The translations under genes and the position numbers were made by a program. This document shows, piece by piece, positions 58,612-64,000 of a stretch of DNA of 64,000 nucleotides (position 1 is the first letter of the stretch; each line of letters begins with the position of its first letter). Origin of the DNA: Tubulanus polymorphus. Lineage: Eukaryota > Animalia > Nemertea. The notes beneath the pieces are model-generated. The model searched no databases. It saw only the letters and a program-made list of their open reading frames with translations, and had not been told where the DNA came from. The stretch covers positions 12,184,451-12,248,450 of the forward strand of contig NC_134035.1 in NCBI RefSeq assembly GCF_964204645.1. Direction: 5' to 3'.

Positions 58612-61600
58612 TCAAGAATTCTCGTCGTCTTCGTGCAGAATTTCATTCGCCGATTTTATGAGATTTTTAAAGTCATCGAAAATCTGGAAAAAAAGATCAA
58701 AACGGCGCTGAATAGAGTTTGAAATGAGCTGTGATCTTAAGCATACCGGTAGATGCTTTATCCGAGAGATGTCCTCATGAATTTTGAATTCTAGTCCCCA
58801 GGAACGGATCTAGGAAAATAAGGCAGGGGTCCAGATGAAATGAAAAATGAAATTTTTCAGATTAAGCAGGGCATCATAGGCTATTAGCGCAGTCCCACCC
58901 TCGGTATTAGAAATTTTTAGAGAAATACAGTAGAACTGGCATCATTCAGATCTTTCAATCCTGATTTCATTAAATTCGGATGAAATATTCAGTCCACTTA
59001 GTCTGGAACTATGTAAACTACCGGGTATTATTCATAATTCAGATTATACATAAATTTTAATTAAACAGTCCCTAGTCATCCGAATTAAGAGAGTTCTACC
59101 AAACAACTGAAAATATGCAATCTGGGCTGCCAACCTCTGAAAAGTGCTATCAGTGACAAATTGAATTTTTTTGCTGTAACATTTCATTGAAATGTGAAAG
59201 AAAATGTTCAAATTACATGTAATCAACAGTAAGACTCTCCGTAACATCTTTCATATTTTTGTAGGCATCAAACATATCAAATCAGTATTTCTTGTTATGG
59301 AATAGTAACAAATACTGAAAATCAGGAACAGTTGGCAGCTCTGTGCAATATCTGAGTGGATGACTTTAAGGGCAACATCAATGAGAAGGCATGAGTCTCC
59401 AGACCACTCCCTAAATCCGCCCCTGGTCTTCCAATTTTCCTAGATCCACCCCTGTCTATCACTGAGTGTAGACAACTTACATTGATTACCCAGGTTCTGT
59501 TGTTGAGACAGTGATCGAGTATTTCATTGCTCAACATGCCGATATCTTTCCACGTATCTTTTGCCAAATCGATTCTTGAAATGCAATGACGAAACGTAGT
59601 GAACTGAAAGTGTAACAGTCCGTGGTAGGTTTTGATCGCCGTCACCGCTTCGGCACAAATAGCAAATTCCTGAAAATAGATGATAAAACGCTGCTAATTT
59701 ACCGTCAATATTTCCTAAATATCATTCATAAAGCGCTGGTGCAAAATCCTGCTGATTTCCATACAAATTCAGTAGAGAATATTACAAATCCCGACTGTAT
59801 TCACAGAAAAACTAATTAATCGGTATCTGTGAAGTAGAAACAGGGTTCTTTTCAGCTCAGCATATCCTCAGTGGGAGCTGTTTTCGTTATCAAGCAATTT
59901 CTCGTGCAAACAAGAACGACGAGACACCAAAATCTCAAATTCCACGACTTCTCTCTGATTTTCTCAAGAACCCTGGAATAAACATCAGTGTACATACCGC
60001 GTGTTGTGATCCAAAAGCTGGCAATGCTTTCAATGTTTTTCTATTGTACGCGTGGCCGGTTAATTCTACTGATTTCACCGCTACGATCGGACGAACCGGT
60101 AAATGTGAACACACCTGACACGCTTTATTCAAGATTTTGCTCGGCGTTATGTGTAAATATGGACGTTTCTTTAATTCTTCCTACAAAAAAAATAACGGTA
60201 GAGTCGAAATGCAATGAACGCGATTCATCAAAAAAAATTACATCTTATTTCTTTTAAATACTGCATCAATTTCGCGCAGACAAAATCTCTGCAACATTTA
60301 GTGGAACCTTGTTACAAAAAACTTCAGGGGAAGATACAGCAAATACCTTAACACTATAACCGATAGTTTGTTATACGTATCCAGTATGAAATTATAAAAT
60401 TTATCCTTTTTGGAAATTGTAGATTTGTGAAATAATGTATCTAATTAATCGTCATATCCAAGGTCGTTACAACGAGGTTCTACAGACAGTGGATCTTTAA
60501 ATTCAACGGCCAAATCTAATTTCCAGTTCTAAAAGTGAGATCAATTTTACCTGGAATCGTATTTTCAAATCGTTTTGCAGATGTAACGTCATTTTCTCCT
60601 GAAGTGTCGTTAACGTGTTGACGATACGTCGTAACGGAGTTTGATAAAATTCATCTGAAATTACCATAAATTCACAAACACGTCGTATTAGAAATTGACA
60701 CTTTATACAGACTATATAGCCAGGCGTAGGTCGGCCTTGCGACAGCTTGCAACTCATTGTAACGCGACTCACTGCAACCGCCAGCGACGATCGCGTCGCA
60801 ACGACCAACCGACCTACACTACCTTGCGACTGCCAGCGACCCCAGTCACGATGAGTCGCACATGTTCTACTTTCTGTGACGCGACGCAACCGTCGCAACC
60901 GACCTGCACGCTCTTGCGACTGGGAGCAACTAGTCACACACAGTCGCTGACAATCGCGTCGCAACCGACTTACACCCCCACTTGTGATGCAACGCGACGA
61001 TCGCCTCGAATCGCAAGGTCGACCTACACCTGGCTTAATGACACCGTATGAGAGGATGTCCTAACTACTGAATACGAACTGTCACACATACCATCCTTAG
61101 TCGCTTCGAAGAACGTATCCTCTAAAGCTTGACTCAGTAGAATTTGCAAATACATGTTGAAATCCTCGAGAAGTGGATCTTCTTCTTTTTCAGCGAGCTC
61201 GCACAAACTGAAGAGAAAATATAAAAATATATCAATACAGATTTTACGGGTAGTCGCTCGTAATCATCATGGGACGAACAATAAACTGAACTACTGCACG
61301 TTGGTCAGCCTATTTACAAATCCTCTGATTTTTTCATGTGATTTCACAAAATTCCCCTGAGTAAATCAGAGAAATTTCCAGGTTTAAAATGTTACGATTC
61401 ATTCATTTTCCGTTAAATCTCGTATTGATAAAATAAATACGCGGTCTACAGCGTTATCCGAATTCCTTGAGTTTTTTGTGAAATTTGTCGAATACCCTGA
61501 GGCGAGTTTTCCCAGACTTTTTTGAAGTTTTCTGATTCCCTGAGTTTTCCGAGATTTCCAAGTCAATGGCCACCCTGTACTTACTCTAAAACTTTTGGTT

Positions 61601-64000
61601 GACAATACTTCAGCACTTTAACGACTTCAGAACCGCGTCTATGAGTTTTAAAGATCACATTGACTTCTCTGTATCGATTGTGATGATTATTAGTCCATGA
61701 CGTATACTGCATCAATAGAAACAAAATATCAAATCATATCATATAATCACTAATGTACCTTTCTTCTTATAGGGCATTCCCCTTCAGATACAGCTCTTAT
61801 GGCTCGGGGGTGTCCTCCTCAAATATGTAAATTTTCAATTAATATCTAATTAATCATGACATTTTTTGTATTCATACTTATGTTTATATATTCAAAGACA
61901 CATTATTGGATCCTAGGACAATCTTGAACCCTCCTCATCCTGCCACTCGTCTAGATCCCCCTCCTAATCCTGCCACTGGTCTGCTGATCCCCTCATCCTG
62001 CCACTGGTCTGCTGATCCCCTTCCTCATCCAGCCACTGATCTAGATCCCTCTCCTCCTCCTGCCACTGGTCTGCTGATCCCCCTCCTCATCCTGCCACTG
62101 GTCTGCTGATCCCCCTCCTCATCCTGCCACTGGTCTGCTGATCCTCCTCATCCTGCCACTAGTCTGCTGATCCCCCTCCTCATCCTGCCACTGGTCTGCT
62201 GATCCTCCTCACCCTGCCACTGGTCTGCTGATCCTCCCCCTCATCCTGCCACTGGTCTGCTAATCCCCTCACCGAGCCACTTGTCTGCTGATCCCCCTCA
62301 TCCTGCAACTGTTGAAGGGATCCCCCTCCTCATCCTGCCACTGGTCTGCTGATCCCCCTCCTCATCCTGCCACTGGTCTGCTGATCCTCCCCATCCTACC
62401 ACTGGTCTGCTGATCCCCCTCATCCTGCAACTGTTGAAGGGATCCCCCTCATTCTTATACTCACTATTGTGAAAGCTTTATGACATTTTTCTCCGTTCAT
62501 ATCCGTTGCCTCGAACTTTTGAAGTAACCCAGCCGAATCCACGCGCCAAATCGGCCAATTTTCATCGGGAAATACCTTGTCTTCAACGATGAAAGTACCT
62601 TTCTAAAAACAATACACGCTAACGTTTTAATTGAGTCGCAAATTAAAGATGAGTAACTGATAGCTACAGATGCATACCTCCCATGGACAGGTGACTGTTT
62701 GTGTAAGTACAGGGGTAGATTTAACAGGAACCGTTTTACTGAAACAATATAAAATATACATAATTCAATTGCTAGTCGAATATGACAATAGGGTTGGGCG
62801 TAGTTAGAATCTGGGTTTGTGCACCCTGGGCGAAACAACTCTCCATCCATCCTAGTACGATAGATGACTCCTGAGTACTGTAGCTCAAGGGACCAGTTTC
62901 ACTTTCTCTTTCACAAAGCAAAATTATGATTACAGTCGATTACAACCTTTTTCAGCTTTTCCTAATCAGCTTTCCGAACTTGGGGCGGTAAGTTACTTCC
63001 CTCCAACTAGAAGTGCTAAACACAGGCGTCATACAGTTGAAGCCTGAGAGAACAATCCTTGCAGGACACATTCTTAGCAACAAAGAAATCAATTTCACTG
63101 ACCATGACTTGAGATGATACATATTGGTATGTCGTATGGTTTGCACTACACCGAATTGGACCAAGATTTATGAATTGTTGAATGAATTCTTCCCAATGCA
63201 CTCTCTCGTCCGTAAGCCAAAGTAAACGTGGAACTTACATGACTGGTTTCGGTAGAATATGTCTTTGTGACCGCGGTGTTTTCAGTATTCGATTCTTCTC
63301 AGGTTGACTAGATGTGGCTCTACTAATAACAGGTGACTTCGATTCTACGGCTACGGGTAAAGGTAAAACCTTCTTTTTTGTTTCTCGGGCTTTGTACGTA
63401 AACTTTTTCTACAGAAATAAAACCAAAGACGCATCACAGGAAGGGGCCTTGCCTTTTTGAGCCAAAACCAAAAACTTGTTTTCAAAAATAAATACCCTTT
63501 TTTCTTCGGCAGGCGCCCACTCCGGGTCACTATCCGAATCATACATTTCTCTCTCTAACTCTTCTTCTTGTTCGATTAGAAATTCATCATCACTTTCATC
63601 ATAAACATCATCATTCTTGCTGTCATCATTCACTTTAGTTGTCTCGTCCTTTTTTACATTGAAACTGTTAGCAGTGTAGTCTACTGTAGCAGGGATTTTG
63701 CGAGTTCTACTGCGAGTTTTACGAACAGGCGATTCAGCTGATGAATCATAGAAGAAAAAATACATATCAAACTGTTTATAATTAAACCGAGACCCGGGTA
63801 TTAGTTGCACTCTCAGCACTTGGGGTTTTAAGATCATCTCGGTTGTATAGCCCAAACTAACAACTTAAAGACACGCCATTTTGGCAACTGGGCCCAGATG
63901 AAAGGAAGAGAACTACTTACCTGTAATATCACTCATTTCTCCTTCAATTAACTCTTCAGTTTTTACAGTATCTATGACTTTAGTTTTACCAGTATCTTCT
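58612..64000 (-). CDS. DUF4211-domain protein (QSER1/PRR12/CCDC82 family), 5'-partial; exons >64000-63921, 63737-63496, 63408-63239, 62738-62678, 62602-62465, 61706-61585, 61207-61092, 60654-60551, 60180-59998, 59669-59481, 58683-58612
   Basis: Phase-consistent GT-AG exons. Acidic low-complexity N-part; PWEKGTFIV..NWPIWRVD..LLQKFE; YTSW; FNMYLQILLSQALEDTFF; CQVC...VELTGHAYNRKTL; YHGLLHFQF...EILDHCLNNRTWVINIF, as recalled for DUF4211 proteins. Confidence 0.8.
58799..59454. mobile_element. TIR element carrying a nested hAT-like MITE, copy 2 (59122-59343)
   Basis: Outer TIRs caggaacggatctaggaaaa / ttttcctagatccacccctg. Inner element ctgggctgccaac...gttggcagctctg is flanked by tgcaat on both sides. 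Confidence 0.7.
60718..61035. mobile_element. CpG-rich MITE in a DUF4211-gene intron
   Basis: 25-bp TIRs agccaggcgtaggtcggccttgcga / tcgcaaggtcgacctacacctggct (2 mismatches); internal cgtcgcaaccgac repeats. Confidence 0.85.
61905..62452. repeat. Minisatellite of about 30-35 bp (cctcatcctgccactggtctgctgatccc)
   Basis: About 16 copies, ending about 12 bp from the donor at 62464. Confidence 0.95.

Noticed and set aside
60503-61051. Two overlapping ORFs of 118 and 153 aa
   Set aside because: Mostly a CpG-rich MITE; only 60654-60551 is a real exon of the DUF4211 gene.

Overview
AT-rich, intron-containing animal (invertebrate, probably spiralian; inference) genomic DNA, not prokaryotic. I assembled four spliced protein-coding genes by hand from GT-AG sites with consistent phases. 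(1) + strand, 5 exons: a secreted, probably GPI-anchored beta-lactamase-family serine hydrolase (1265-7757). Its last two exons, together with the probable 3' UTR of the neighbouring kinase, lie in a 5.1/5.9-kb tandem duplication (5676-10784 / 10787-16681). (2) - strand, about 33 kb: a BRSK/SAD-1 kinase (50201 to 17025) with duplicated homologous exons, symmetric cassette exons and several candidate C-termini, one ending in a PDZ-type HDRV motif. (3) - strand: a divergent ZnT1/ZnT10-like CDF transporter (55765 to 51169) that lacks three of the four canonical transmembrane metal ligands but has a His-rich C-terminal tail. (4) - strand: a DUF4211-family protein (QSER1/PRR12/CCDC82-like) whose 5' end runs off the window (>64000 to 58612). 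Introns and spacers hold many MITEs (Kolobok/T2-like, Harbinger-like, Tc1/pogo-like, hAT-like), an L2-type LINE fragment, Penelope-like remnants including a minimal hammerhead-ribozyme motif, and many micro- and minisatellites. No CRISPR, rRNA or intact tRNA genes were seen. All exon calls are manual and need RNA-seq confirmation.
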